From assembly GCA_964016885.1 (NCBI GenBank), contig OZ024748.1, forward strand, positions 19,530,001 to 19,594,000: DNA of 64,000 bases. Direction: 5' to 3'. The translations under genes and the position numbers were made by a program. Below are positions 11,430 to 27,900 of this stretch, piece by piece. Each line of letters opens with the position of its first letter. The stretch's first letter is position 1. Origin of the DNA: Eledone cirrhosa (taxonomy: Eukaryota). The notes under the pieces were generated by a model that had not been told where the DNA came from, searched no databases, and worked only from the letters and a program-made list of their open reading frames with translations.

Positions 11430-12337
11430 CTAGGTGTGTCAGAAAAGTTCCAGAACTGATGTCACAAAAGATTTATTTCAAACACAAACTTCACATGAGA
11501 GTTTTCTCCTTCAAAGTAATCCCCCTGGAGTCTAATGCACTTTTCCATCCTTTTCTGCCACGCTTGCATGCACTCCTGGAAGGATCCTTCCGGGATTCTC
11601 TGCAGTTCCGTCGTCACGGCCTTTTTGATGTCGTCCACGTCTTCAAAACGTGTCCCCTCCGGGTTGTACTCGAAGATGCATGACTCATCACCGGTGATGA
11701 CTGTCTCTAGCAAGTCTGGTTCGGTTTCAAGACGCTCGAGGATGTCCTGGCGCACTTGCATGCGTCGACCCTTCTGGTCATCGTTCAGCAGTTTTGGCAG
11801 TATCTTCGCACAGACTTTCCGCATGTCCAAATCTTCAGTGAGAATCTTCCAGACGCTGTCCCGATTCATGCCCAGCTCATTTGCCATCAGTCGAACAGTC
11901 AGCCGACGATCGCTACGCACCATCTGCCTGACGCGCTCAACATTGACCTCAGACCTGGTTGTTGAGGGCCTTCCGCTCCTGGGGTCATATTCCACGTCCT
12001 CGCGTCCTTCTTTAAACCTCTTCCACCACTCAAAAACATGTGAGCGTGACATCGTCTCATCTCCCTACACTTGCTGCAGCAATCCCAGTCCTTCTGACGG
12101 AGCTTTCCCCAACTGTACCAGAAACTTCAAGTTTGTTCTTTGCTCTGTGCTCATTTCTTGACGACCTGAAAAAGAGGACATGTATAAAATTATGAAGAAA
12201 AAAGTTTGATCGCTGCAGAGAGTTAAGATTACATTTACATACTCCAGGGGGATTACTTTGAAGGAGAAAACTGTGAAGTTTGGGTTTGAAATAAATCTTT
12301 TGTGACATCAGTCCGGGAACTTTTCTGACACACCTCG
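11430..12337 (-). mobile_element. Internally deleted mariner (Tc1/mariner) DNA transposon with about 100-bp terminal inverted repeats
   Basis: TIR C(T/G)AGGTGTGTCAGAAAAGTTCC... at both ends, TA flanks within (TA)n, transposase remnant inside. Confidence 0.92.
11462..12154 (-). pseudogene. Mariner transposase pseudogene
   Basis: MSTEQRTNLKF..., premature TAG at codon 30, HTH region (VFEWWKRFKEGR, RSGRPS). ITGDESCIFEYNPE is joined directly to GTRFEDVDDIKKAV, so most of the DD34D core is missing. C-terminus has QGDYFE. Confidence 0.9.
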
Positions 12338-12479
12338 TATATATGTATATATATACATATATATATATATAAATGAAAAGTATAGAAATTGTTGTAGCGA
12401 GAAGCTAACAGTATTCCATAACATATATTATAACATTATTATTAGTGTTCGATATAACCCATACGTACATATATATGTT

Positions 12480-13606
<1,127 letters not shown>

Positions 13607-13613
13607 ATATATA

Positions 13614-15031
13614 TACAATAGTTTCAGATAAATACACATGCTACACACGACTAGAAGAATTAAAAAACACACTTATCAGCAGAAACTTCCCACCATCCCT
13701 AATCACCAATGGATTCTAACGTGCCCTAAAACTTGACATCCAGGAACTCAGACACCCCAAACCCAGGAGTGAACCGCAACAAAAAACTATACCATACATC
13801 TCCACACACAACCCCCTCAACAATGAGGCATACGACACCATCCTCCAGAATATTCCTTTACTAAAAAGAGAATCAAGAATGAACACTATACTCCAAACAC
13901 ACAACATCATAAATATCAAAAGACCACCCAAATCCATAAAAAACATCCTCACGCAAGCCAAAATCCAACAAACCCTACAGTAACAAAATGCGGAAGGCCT
14001 AAATGTGGCATATGCATAAATCTAATAGAAGGTTCAACATTCCATTTTAAACAAGGACAACGTTTCACAGTTAAACACAACTTTACATGTTCATCTGAAA
14101 ATCTTATCTATGTTTTGACCTGTTGAGGTTGTCAAGAGCACTACATAGGACAGACAAAAAACAGCCTCCGTCAACGTATAACCGTCCATAAATCACAAAT
14201 TAAAATACAGGAATACAGAAATATTGCATTTAGTGAACATATCGCCAATTGTGCTCTCAACCAACATCCAAACTTTAAAATTTTCCCCATTTACAAATTC
14301 ATAGACAACGCTACTTTCATCCAACGTACCAATAAGGAAACACATTTCATTAATAAATTTCGACCACTACTCAATGCCCTAAAAATCGGACCAATCTAAA
14401 ACTGCAACAAACCATCAAACAATTACAAGAGTTACTTCCCTCACACCCTACCTAATCCTTTTTCTTAAATAAATTAAATATCACCCAGCAAGAATTGCTT
14501 CCCCCTGCATATTAACTCTCTAAAAAGGGAAATCATATCAAACCACAGTCCACCATTTGCCTCCTTCACGGAACCATGGTTCAACTATGCACTCTTGCGA
14601 TATTAACACATTTTGAACTGCTTAACTGCAATGACTGTGCTTGTAAATAACATTATTTTTTCTTCCACATTGACTTTTTACGTTCCACATCATGCACGTA
14701 TTTTTTTTTCCTTTTTCTTTTTTCTTTTCACTTCTTAAACCTTGTTTGTATATAACATTATTCTTTATGCACCTTCTGTTTAACGTGTGCGACACCACAC
14801 TAATACATTTCACTATCATTTGATAATGCATATAACTGGTAATAGACAATAATTAAATATATAAATAGATAAATAAATGCCATGGTTAAATAAGAAATAA
14901 ATCAACTAATACCTTAACACTTCACACAAAGTAAAACATTTCGTTTTAATCATTTTCTAACCCAGAAAAAGAGAGAGAGAGAAACAAAAAAAGAAAATTT
15001 TTCTTCCTCATAATCGTCTCTCTCTTCCTGT

Positions 15032-15035
<4 letters not shown>
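13614..15035 (+). mobile_element. 5'-truncated decayed Penelope-like element (RT thumb, Cys-rich linker, GIY-YIG endonuclease, 3' UTR)
   Basis: Translates [15 protein letters not shown]..., CGRPKCGIC, FTCSSENLIYVLTC*GCQEHYIGQTKNSLRQRITVH..., ETHFINKFRPLLN (stop 14399). Two internal stops and a frameshift near 13970. (TA)n on both sides. Confidence 0.85.
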
Positions 15036-15079
<44 letters not shown>

Positions 15080-15288
15080 GTGTGTATACTTACATTTATG
15101 TATCAGCTGTGCGAGAAATAAATTTCTAAATTTATATTATATTATATATATATTTATATATATATATACACACAGATATATACATACATGTCTGTATATT
15201 TATATATACATATATATACACACCAACAAGCATAATAAACCTATGCATATGCACATATATACATATATACATACACACACATATTTAA

Positions 15289-15382
<94 letters not shown>

Positions 15383-15571
15383 TTATTTGTATAAATATAT
15401 ACATATATATGTATATATGTGTGTGTATAGATGGAGTTGTAAAGTATGACAATGAGTGACAAGAGGAAAAGTAAAAGGTCAAATAAAAGAAAGATATATG
15501 ACAGAAGGAGAAGAAAACCTATCATTATCTGCAATCATTCTCTGTAAATCTTTGGAGTATATATATATGTA

Positions 15572-15650
<79 letters not shown>

Positions 15651-15651
15651 A

Positions 15652-15691
<40 letters not shown>

Positions 15692-15693
15692 TG

Positions 15694-15734
<41 letters not shown>

Positions 15735-16231
15735 CCGATGTTGCTCAGCTTGTCAATAGTTATCAAAACTAGGGACATCACTACTAACAACTTCGTGTTT
15801 ATATATTTGTTTAGTAAAGGGTTGTCATTAGCTCACGTCCACTTTGTCTATTATTAGCTGTTATTTTGACAACTCTTCATTGTATTGAGACAGTACAATG
15901 AGATCTTAACATCATATCGCTTTCACAGAAGATCGTTCACCCTTTCATCGAGTTCACAGAAGCATTAATGTGGGAGTGAATTGATGGGTGTGTCATTATT
16001 AGAGAGCGTTCGATGGAATGTCTTGCCGTATCTGTGTCGGCCTCCTAAACTGGATTGTAGATTCAATCCAACGCTCTTTGGTGATGAGCCTATAGCAGCG
16101 TTCACGTTGTTACAAGTATTCGGGACACGTCTCTATTTTAGTATAACATACTTCCTTCCAATAAATCCGAAGGCTCTAAAAATTATTAATTGTCATTGCC
16201 GCTGAGGTTTCATTTCACCTTGATTAAATAA

Positions 16232-16373
16232 TGTTTTCTTATATAGGCACAAGGCCATAAATTTTGGGGGAGGAAAAAGTCGATTAAATCGACCCCAGTG
16301 CTTGACTGGTACTTAATTTTATCGGCCCCGTAAGGATGAAAGGCAAATTTAACCTCGGCGGGATTTAAATTCT
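16232..16373 (-). mobile_element. tRNA-derived SINE fragment (core + 3' tail)
   Basis: Reverse complement of CCCGCCGAGGTTAA..TTGCCTTTCATCCTTACGGGG..GATAAAA..AGTACCAG..GGCCTTGTGCC. Confidence 0.75.
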
Positions 16374-16671
16374 ACCCTGATTAAATAATAAAACAAAAAC
16401 ATTCTAAATTCCAATTACACTGAGGTTAATTTTGTCTTTAACCTTATCGGTATCGATAACTAATTGAACAATAAAGAAATTGTTTTCTGCTCACTCTGTC
16501 TTTATCTCGGAGTGGGCTACGTGAACGTGCCAAGAAAGGAAGGTTCCGGTTGCAGACCAACCATGCATTTCATCAAAACCCTCGACACAAAGTGAAAGAT
16601 GGATTATCAACTAGTATACAATGTCTATATATGTGTCTGATTGAATCCGTCGTAATCCCCGTTTAAATCTA

Positions 16672-17168
16672 CCATCTCCACAATCAGTATCACCACCACC
16701 ACCAATAACACTACCAACATTACCAATAACACTACCATCATCTCCATCACCTTCGCCGTCATCACCAACATCACCATCACCCCACCAATAACACCGCCAC
16801 CACCATCATCATCCCTACCACCACCACCACCAACAACAACAACAACCACCACCACCAACCACCCTAACAATCAATACCACCACCACCACCACCACCACCA
16901 CCACCATCATCATCCCTACCACCACCACCAACAACAACCACCACCACCAACAACAACCACCACCACCAACCACCCTAACAATCAATACCACCACCACCAC
17001 CACCACCACCACCACCATCATCATCCCTACCACCACCACCAACAACAACAACCACCACCACCAACCACCCTAACAATCAATAACACCACCACCACCACCA
17101 CCACCACCAACACCACCGCTACCACCAACACTCCCACCAGCTCCATCAATACAACCACCACCACCAGC
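16672..17168. repeat. (ACC/AAC)n trinucleotide-derived low-complexity repeat with about 100-bp duplicated blocks
   Basis: Recurrent ACCCTAACAATCAATA and CATCATCATCCCTACC landmarks. Confidence 0.85.
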
Positions 17169-17381
17169 ATTTGATCCTTGACTACCTTTAGCAGAGTTCA
17201 CTCCCTTGCAAGCATTCGGGTTAAGTCTCCGACTGGAGGATTCCTCCCTTCCTCCTCTTACACAATTCTCGGGTGCTCTTCCAAATTGCCATGGACTCTG
17301 TCTTCTCTTCTCTGACTAAACAGCAACATATTTATATACTAGATTACCCGTAGACAGTTACTGGTTCATATCGAGTTAAAC

Positions 17382-17700
17382 AGGCGGCGATTTGGCTGAG
17401 TCGTTAGAACGTCAGATAGAATGTGTTATGGTATTGGTTCCGACTCTCTACTCCCCGAGTACAAATCCCACCGAGGTCAACTTTGCCTTTCATCATTTCG
17501 AAGTCGACAAAAAAAGGTACCACTCTAGTACTGGGGTCGATTCATCCTCTCTCTGGAAGAAATCTGCTGTACTCGGGCCCGGAGAGGATTGGACTCCTGC
17601 AGGCTTAAAATGCCCCATAAACGCCGGCACCCCTACAACTCTATAAAGAGTTATGGGACCATACCATACCATACCATACCATACCATACCATACAATACA
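17382..17700 (+). mobile_element. tRNA-derived SINE with alternative LINE-like 3' tail ending in (CATAC)n
   Basis: A-box-like TGGCTGAGTCGTT, B-box-like GAGTACAAATCCC, shared core, then GGAAGAAATCTG...TTATGGGA(CCATA)n. Confidence 0.65.
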
Positions 17701-18412
17701 ATTCCATCAAGTTAAACATATTTTTCTAAAAGTTCACAGAGAAAGTAAAAGGATATTAAAAATATCGTAACCTTAATTATTTTAATTGTTTCCGCTAATA
17801 GTAGTAAATATTCTGCAAAATATACAAAACGTGTATTAAACACCTTATTTTGTGTATTTGATGATTATGCCGAAATTATAAGTCGTTGGTTAGAAATTGA
17901 AAGTTTTTCTGAAATGTAATATCACATGGTTACACTATACCCGAATTTCCGCTCTCATATTTTTCTGCCAGCCGCGTAGACACATTAAGATATATTTTCA
18001 TTTTAAAACAATATTACTCTTAAATAGAATAAATAAAGTGAGAAATCATTAATCCTAAACAAACAAATGCTTACGAAGATAAGCTCCATGAACCGACTAC
18101 ATAGGTGTGTATATATTATAAACACACACGTGAGTGTTTGTATATGTGTGTGTATATATGTGTGTGTATGGCTGAGTGTTTGGTGGCATTTATATCTTCG
18201 TATGCTTACGTGTAATTAAATTTGCAAATATTGTTAAAATTTTATATTTAATAAATATATTTTTTTGACGCTATTTGTAGAGAAATATACACCGGACGTT
18301 TTACAAAGTGAAATATTTTCTAGAGAAAGAAGAGAAATATTAAGTCGAACAATCGATTATTTTTAGATTTGTTTAAATCATTACCAGAATTCGATTACTT
18401 AGCCTTGATTTT

Positions 18413-18415
<3 letters not shown>

Positions 18416-18459
<44 letters not shown>

Positions 18460-18809
18460 AAGAGGGGAGATAGAGAGGGGGCAGACAGACACGGTGAGAG
18501 AAAGGGGGAGAGAGAAGGATAGAGCGACAAAGAGACAAAGATAGAGGGAGAGTGAAAGAGAAAGAGAAATAAAGAGAGAGAGAGAAAGAGAGAGAGAGGC
18601 AAACAGAGAGACAGGAACAGAGGGAGAGAGATATAGAGAAAGAAAGATATAGAGAGAAAGAGAGAGAGAGGGGGAGAGGGGAGAGAGAGTGGGGGGAAGA
18701 CAGACAGACAGAGTGAGTGAAATGGGGAGACAGAAAGATAGAGCGACAAAGAGACAGGGATAGAAGGAGAGAGAAGGAGAAAGAAAGAAAGAGGGGAGAG
18801 AGGAGGCTA

Positions 18810-18866
<57 letters not shown>

Positions 18867-18905
18867 CAGAGGGAGAGAGATATAGAGAAAGAGAGATAGA
18901 GAGAG
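18416..18905. repeat. (GA)n-rich purine tract
   Basis: Direct inspection. Confidence 0.9.
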
Positions 18906-18965
18906 CAATTGTATTCACACAGCGGTGGAAAGTTGGTCACTACTTATTAATTAAATGCAGTACAG

Positions 18966-21900
18966 TCACAGCGGTTGCTGCACCGACACAGCAGTTGCAG
19001 GACTGACACAGTGGTTGCTGCACCGACACATCAATTGCAGGACTGACACAGTGGTTGCTGCACCGACACAGCGGTTGCAGGACTGACACAGTCGTTGCAG
19101 CCCTGGAACAGTGGTTGTAGTACCAACACAGTGGTTGTATCACTGACACAGTGGTTAAAGCAGCAGCACAGTGGTTGCAGCGCCAACACAGTGGTTACAT
19201 CACAGACACAGTGGTTGTATCACTGACACAGTGGTTGCATCACTGATACAGTGGTTGTATCACTGACACAGTGGTTGTATCACTGACACAGTGGTTGTAT
19301 CACTGACACAGTGGTTGTATCACTGACACAGTGGTTGTATCACTGACACAGTGGTTGTATCACTGACACAGTGGTTGTATCACTGACACAGTGGTTGCAT
19401 CACTGACACAGTGGTTGTATCACTGACACAGTGGTTGCATCACTGACACAGTGGTTGCATCACTGACACAGTGGTTGTATCACTGACACGGTGGTTGTAT
19501 CACTGACACAGTGGTTGTATCACTGACACAGTGGTTGTATCACTGACACAGTGGTTACATCACTGACACAGTGGTTACATCACTGACACAGTGGTTGTAT
19601 CACTGACACAGTGGTTGTATCACTGACACAGTGGTTGTATCACTGACACAGTGGTTGCATCACTGACACAGTGGTTGTATCACTGACACAGTGGTTGCAT
19701 CACTGACACAGTGGTTGTATCACTGACACAGTGGTTGTATCAATGACACAGTGGTTGTATCACTGACACAGTGGTTGTATCACAGACACAGTGCTTGTAT
19801 CACTGACACAGTGGTTGCATCATTGACACAGTGGTTGTATCACTGACACAGTGGTTGTATCACTGACACAGTGGTTGTATCACTGACACAGTGGTTGTAT
19901 CACTGACACAGTGGTTGTATCACTGACACAGTGGTTGTATCACTGACACAGTGGTTGTATCACTGACACAGTGGTTGCATCACTGACACAGTGGTTGTAT
20001 CACTGACACAGTGGTTGTATCACTGACACAGTGGTTGTATCACTGACACAGTGGTTGTATCAATGACACAGTGGTTGTATCACTGACACAGTGGTTGTAT
20101 CACAGACACAGTGGTTGCATCACTGACACAGTGGTTGCATCACTGACACAGTGGTTGTATTACTGACACAGTGGTTGTATCACTGACACAGTGGTTGTAT
20201 CACTGACACAGTGGTTGTATCACAGACACAGTGGTTGTATCACTGACACAGTGGTTGTATCACTGACACAGTGGTTGTATCACTGACACAGTGGTTGTAT
20301 CACTGACACAGTGGTTGTATCACTGACACAGTGGTTGTATCACTGACACAGTGGTTGTATCACTGACACAGTGGTTGCATCACTGACACAGTGGTTGTAT
20401 CACAGACACAGTGGTTACATCACCAACACAGTGGTTGTATTACAGACACAGTGGTTGCACCACCAACACAGTGGTTGCATCACTGACACAGTGGTTACAT
20501 CACTGACATAGTGGTTGTATCACTGACACAGTGGTTACATCACTGACACAGTGGTTGCATCACTGACACAGTGGTTGTATCACTGACACAGTAGTTGTAT
20601 CACTGACACAGTGGTTGCACCACCAACACAGTGGTTGCATCACTGACACAGTGGTTACATCACTGACACAGTGGTTGCATCACTGACACAGTGGTTGTAT
20701 CACTGACACAGTGGTTGCATCACTCACACAGTGGTTGCATCACTGACACAGTGGTTGCATCACTCACACAGTGGTTGTATCACTGACACAGTGGTTGTAT
20801 CACAGACACAGTGGTTGCACCACCAACACAGTGGTTGCATCACTGACACAGTGGTTACATCACTGACACAGTGGTTGTATCACTGACACAGTGGTTACAT
20901 CACTGACACAGTAGTTGTATCACTGACACAGTGGTTGTATCACTGACACAGTGGTTGCATCACAGACACAGTGGTTGCATCACCAACACAGTGGTTACAC
21001 CACCAACACAGTGGTTACATCACCAACACAGTGGTTACATCCCCAACACAGTGGTTACACCACCAACACAGTGGTTACACCACCAACACAGTGGTTACAC
21101 CACCAACACAGTGGTTACATCACCAACACAGTGGTTACATCACCAACACAGTGGTTACATCACCAACACAGTGGTTACACCACCAACACAGTGGTTGCAC
21201 CACCAACACAGTGGTTACATCACCAACACAGTGGTTGCACCACCAACACAGTGGTTACACCACCAACACAGTGGTTGCACCACCAACACAGTGGTTACAT
21301 CACCAACACAGTGGTTACATCACCAACACAGTGGTTGCTCCACCAACACAGTGGTTACATCAACAACACAGTGGTTGCACCAACAAACAAAGTGGTTACA
21401 TCACCAACACATTGGTTGCACCACCAACACAGTGGTTACATCACCGACACAGTGGTTGCACCACCAACACAGTGGTTACATCACCAACACAGTGTTTACA
21501 TCACCAACACAGTGGTTGCACCACCAACACAGTGGTTACATCACCAACACAGTGGTTACATCACCAACACAGTGGTTGCACCACCAACACAGTGGTTACA
21601 TCACAGACACAGTGGTTGCACCACCAACACAGTGGTTACATCACCAACACAGTGGTTGCACCACCAACACAGTGGTTATATCACAGACACAGTGGTTGCA
21701 CCACCAACACAGTGGTTACATCACCAACACAGTGGTTACACCACCAACACAGTGGTTACACCACCAACATAGTGGTTACATCACCAACACAGTGGTTGCA
21801 CCACCAACACAGTGGTTACATCACCAACACAGTGGTTACATCACCAACACATTGGTTGCACCACCAACACAGTGGTTACATCACCAACACAGTGGTTACA

Positions 21901-24900
21901 TCACCAACACAGTGGTTGCACCACCAACACAGTGGTTACATCACAGACACAGTGGTTGCACCACCAACACAGTGGTTACATCACCAACACAGTGGTTGCA
22001 CCACCAACACAGTGGTTATATCACAGACACAGTGGTTGCACCACCAACACAGTGGTTACATCACCAACACAGTGGTTACACCACCAACACAGTGGTTACA
22101 CCACCAACACAGTGGTTACATCACCAACACAGTGGTTGCACCACCAACACAGTGGTTACATCACCAACACAGTGGTTGCACCACCAACACAGTGGTTACA
22201 TCACAGACACAGTGGTTGCACCACCAACACAGTGGTTACATCACCAACACAGTGGTTACACCACCAACACAGTGGTTACACCACCAACACAGTGGTTACA
22301 CCACCAACACAGTGGTTACATCACCAACACAGTGGTTACACCACCAACACAGTGGTTACATCACCAACACAGTGGTTACACCACCAACACAGTGGTTACA
22401 GCACCAACACAGTGGTTACACCACCAACACAGTGGTTACATCACCAACACAGTGGTTACATCACCAACACAGTGGTTACACCACCAACACAGTGGTTACA
22501 TCACCAACACAGTGGTTACATCACCAACACAGTGGTTACACCACCAACACAGTGGTTACATCACCAACACAGTGGTTGCACCACCAACACATTTGTTACA
22601 CCACCAACACAGTGGTTACACCACCAACACAGTGGTTACACCACCAACACAGTGGTTACACCACCAACACAGTGGTTACACCACCAACACAGTGGTTACC
22701 TCACCAACACAGTGGTTGCACCACCAACACAGTGGTTACATCACCAACACAGTGGTTACACCACCAACACAGTGGTTGAACCACTGACACAATGGTTGCA
22801 CCACCAACTCAGTGGTTACATCACCAACACAGTGGTTACATCACAGACACAGTGGTTGCACCACCAACACAGTGGTTACATCACCAGCACAGTGGTTACA
22901 CCACCAACACAGTGGTTACATCACCAACACAGTGGTTACATCACAGACACAGTGGTTGCACCACCAACACAGTGGTTACATCACCAACACAGTGGTTACA
23001 CCACCAACACAGTGGTTGCACCACCAACACAGTGGTTACATCACAGACACAGTGGTTGCACCACCAACACAGTGGTTACATCACCAGCACAGTGGTTACA
23101 CCACCAACACAGTGGTTGCACCACCAACACAGTGGTTACACCACCAACACAGGGGTTGCACCACCAACACAGTGGTTACATCACCAGCACAGTGGTTACA
23201 CCACCAACACAGGGGTTGCACCACCAACACAGTGGTTGCACCACCAACACAGTGTTTACACCACCAACACAGGGGTTGCACCACTAACACAGTGGTTGCA
23301 CCACCAACACAGTGGTTACATCACCAGCACAGTGGTTACACCACCAACACAGGGGTTGCACCACCAACACAGTGGTTACATCACAGACACAGTGGTTGGA
23401 GCACCAACACAGTGGTTACATCACCAGCACAGTGGTTACACCACCAACACAGTGATTGCACCACCAACACAGTGGTTACATCACAGACACAGTGGTTACA
23501 CCACCAACACAGTGGTTGCACCACCAACACAGTGGTTACACAACCAACACAGGGGTTGCACCACCAACACAGTGGTTACATCACCAGCACAGTGGTTACA
23601 CCACCAACACAGTTGTTACATCACCAACACAGTGGTTACATCACCAACACAGTGGTTACACCACCAACACAGTGGTTACACCACCAACACAGTGGTTACA
23701 TCACCAACACAGTGGTTGCACCACAGACACAATGGTTGGAGCACCAACACAGTGGTTACATCACCAACACAGTCGTTGCACCACCAACACAGTGGTTACA
23801 TCACCAACACAGTGGTTGCACCACCAACACAGTGGTTATATCACAGACACAGTGGTTGCACCACCAACACAGTGGTTACATCACCAACACAGTGGTTACA
23901 CCACCAACACAGTGGTTACACCACCAACATAGTGGTTACATCACCAACACAGTGGTTGCACCACCAACACAGTGGTTACATCACCAACACAGTGGTTACA
24001 TCACCAACACATTGGTTGCACCACCAACACAGTGGTTACATCACCAACACAGTGGTTACATCACCAACACAGTGGTTGCACCACCAACACAGTGGTTACA
24101 TCACAGACACAGTGGTTGCACCACCAACACAGTGGTTACATCACCAACACAGTGGTTGCACCACCAACACAGTGGTTATATCACAGACACAGTGGTTGCA
24201 CCACCAACACAGTGGTTACATCACCAACACAGTGGTTACACCACCAACACAGTGGTTACACCACCAACACAGTGGTTACATCACCAACACAGTGGTTGCA
24301 CCACCAACACAGTGGTTACATCACCAACACAGTGGTTGCACCACCAACACAGTGGTTACATCACAGACACAGTGGTTGCACCACCAACACAGTGGTTACA
24401 TCACCAACACAGTGGTTACACCACCAACACAGTGGTTACACCACCAACACAGTGGTTACACCACCAACACAGTGGTTACATCACCAACACAGTGGTTACA
24501 CCACCAACACAGTGGTTACATCACCAACACAGTGGTTACACCACCAACACAGTGGTTACAGCACCAACACAGTGGTTACACCACCAACACAGTGGTTACA
24601 TCACCAACACAGTGGTTACATCACCAACACAGTGGTTACACCACCAACACAGTGGTTACATCACCAACACAGTGGTTACATCACCAACACAGTGGTTACA
24701 CCACCAACACAGTGGTTACATCACCAACACAGTGGTTGCACCACCAACACATTTGTTACACCACCAACACAGTGGTTACACCACCAACACAGTGGTTACA
24801 CCACCAACACAGTGGTTACACCACCAACACAGTGGTTACACCACCAACACAGTGGTTACCTCACCAACACAGTGGTTGCACCACCAACACAGTGGTTACA

Positions 24901-27900
24901 TCACCAACACAGTGGTTACACCACCAACACAGTGGTTGAACCACTGACACAATGGTTGCACCACCAACTCAGTGGTTACATCACCAACACAGTGGTTACA
25001 TCACAGACACAGTGGTTGCACCACCAACACAGTGGTTACATCACCAGCACAGTGGTTACACCACCAACACAGTGGTTACATCACCAACACAGTGGTTACA
25101 TCACAGACACAGTGGTTGCACCACCAACACAGTGGTTACATCACCAACACAGTGGTTACACCACCAACACAGTGGTTGCACCACCAACACAGTGGTTACA
25201 TCACAGACACAGTGGTTGCACCACCAACACAGTGGTTACATCACCAGCACAGTGGTTACACCACCAACACAGTGGTTGCACCACCAACACAGTGGTTACA
25301 CCACCAACACAGGGGTTGCACCACCAACACAGTGGTTACATCACCAGCACAGTGGTTACACCACCAACACAGGGGTTGCACCACCAACACAGTGGTTGCA
25401 CCACCAACACAGTGTTTACACCACCAACACAGGGGTTGCACCACTAACACAGTGGTTGCACCACCAACACAGTGGTTACATCACCAGCACAGTGGTTACA
25501 CCACCAACACAGGGGTTGCACCACCAACACAGTGGTTACATCACAGACACAGTGGTTGGAGCACCAACACAGTGGTTACATCACCAGCACAGTGGTTACA
25601 CCACCAACACAGTGATTGCACCACCAACACAGTGGTTACATCACAGACACAGTGGTTACACCACCAACACAGTGGTTGCACCACCAACACAGTGGTTACA
25701 CAACCAACACAGGGGTTGCACCACCAACACAGTGGTTACATCACCAGCACAGTGGTTACACCACCAACACAGTTGTTACATCACCAACACAGTGGTTACA
25801 TCACCAACACAGTGGTTACACCACCAACACAGTGGTTACACCACCAACACAGTGGTTACATCACCAACACAGTGGTTGCACCACAGACACAATGGTTGGA
25901 GCACCAACACAGTGGTTACATCACCAACACAGTCGTTGCACCACCAACACAGTGGTTGCACCACCAACACAGTGGTTGCACCACCAACACAGTGGTTACA
26001 CCACCAACACAGTGGTTACATCACCAACACAGTGGTTGCACCACCAACACATTGGTTACATCACCAACACAGTGGTTGCACCATCAACACAGTGGTTACA
26101 TCACCAACACAGTGGTTACATCACCAACACAGTGGTTCCACTACCAACACAGTGGTTACATCACCAACACAGTGGTTACATCACCAACACAGTGGTTACA
26201 CCACCAACACAGTGGTTGCACCACCAACACAGTGGTTACACCACCAACACAGTGGTTGCACCACCAACACAGTGGTTGCACCACCAACACAGTGGTTGCA
26301 CCACCAACACAGTGGTTACACCACCAACACAGTGGTTACACCACCAACACAGTGGTTACACCACCAACACAGTGGTTACACCACCAACACAGTGGTTACA
26401 CCACCAACACAGTGGTTGCACCACCAACACAGTGGTTACACCACCAACACAGTGGTTACATCACCAACACAGTGGTTACACCACCAACACAGTGGTTACA
26501 TCACCAACACAGTGGTTACATCACCAACACAGTGGTTACATCACCAACACAGTGGTTACACCACCAACACAGTGGTTACATCACCAACACAGTGGTTACA
26601 CCACCAACACAGTGGTTACACCACCAACACAGTGGTTACACCACCAACACAGTGGTTACATCACCAACACAGTGGTTACATCACCAATACAGTGGTTACA
26701 TCACCAACACAGTGGTTACACCACCAACACAGTGGTTACACCACCAAAACAGTGGTTACATCACCAACACAGTGGTTACACCACCAACACAGTGGTTACA
26801 CCACCAACACAGTGGTTACACCACCAACACAGTGGTTACATCACCAACACAGTGGTTACACCACCAACACAGTGGTTACATCACCAACACAGTGGTTACA
26901 CCACCAACACAGTGGTTACAGCACCAACACAGTGGTTACACCACCAACACAGTGGTTACATCACCAACACAGTGGTTACATCACCAACACAGTGGTTACA
27001 CCACCAACACAGTGGTTACATCACCAACACAGTGGTTACATCACCAACACAGTGGTTACACCACCAACACAGTGGTTACATCACCAACACAGTGGTTGCA
27101 CCACCAACACATTTGTTACACCACCAACACAGTGGTTACACCACCAACACAGTGGTTACACCACCAACACAGTGGTTACACCACCAACACAGTGGTTACA
27201 CCACCAACACAGTGGTTACCTCACCAACACAGTGGTTGCACCACCAACACAGTGGTTACATCACCAACACAGTGGTTACACCACCAACACAGTGGTTGAA
27301 CCACTGACACAATGGTTGCACCACCAACTCAGTGGTTACATCACCAACACAGTGGTTACATCACAGACACAGTGGTTGCACCACCAACACAGTGGTTACA
27401 TCACCAGCACAGTGGTTACACCACCAACACAGTGGTTACATCACCAACACAGTGGTTACATCACAGACACAGTGGTTGCACCACCAACACAGTGGTTACA
27501 TCACCAACACAGTGGTTACACCACCAACACAGTGGTTGCACCACCAACACAGTGGTTACATCACAGACACAGTGGTTGCACCACCAACACAGTGGTTACA
27601 TCACCAGCACAGTGGTTACACCACCAACACAGTGGTTGCACCACCAACACAGTGGTTACACCACCAACACAGGGGTTGCACCACCAACACAGTGGTTACA
27701 TCACCAGCACAGTGGTTACACCACCAACACAGGGGTTGCACCACCAACACAGTGGTTGCACCACCAACACAGTGTTTACACCACCAACACAGGGGTTGCA
27801 CCACTAACACAGTGGTTGCACCACCAACACAGTGGTTACATCACCAGCACAGTGGTTACACCACCAACACAGGGGTTGCACCACCAACACAGTGGTTACA

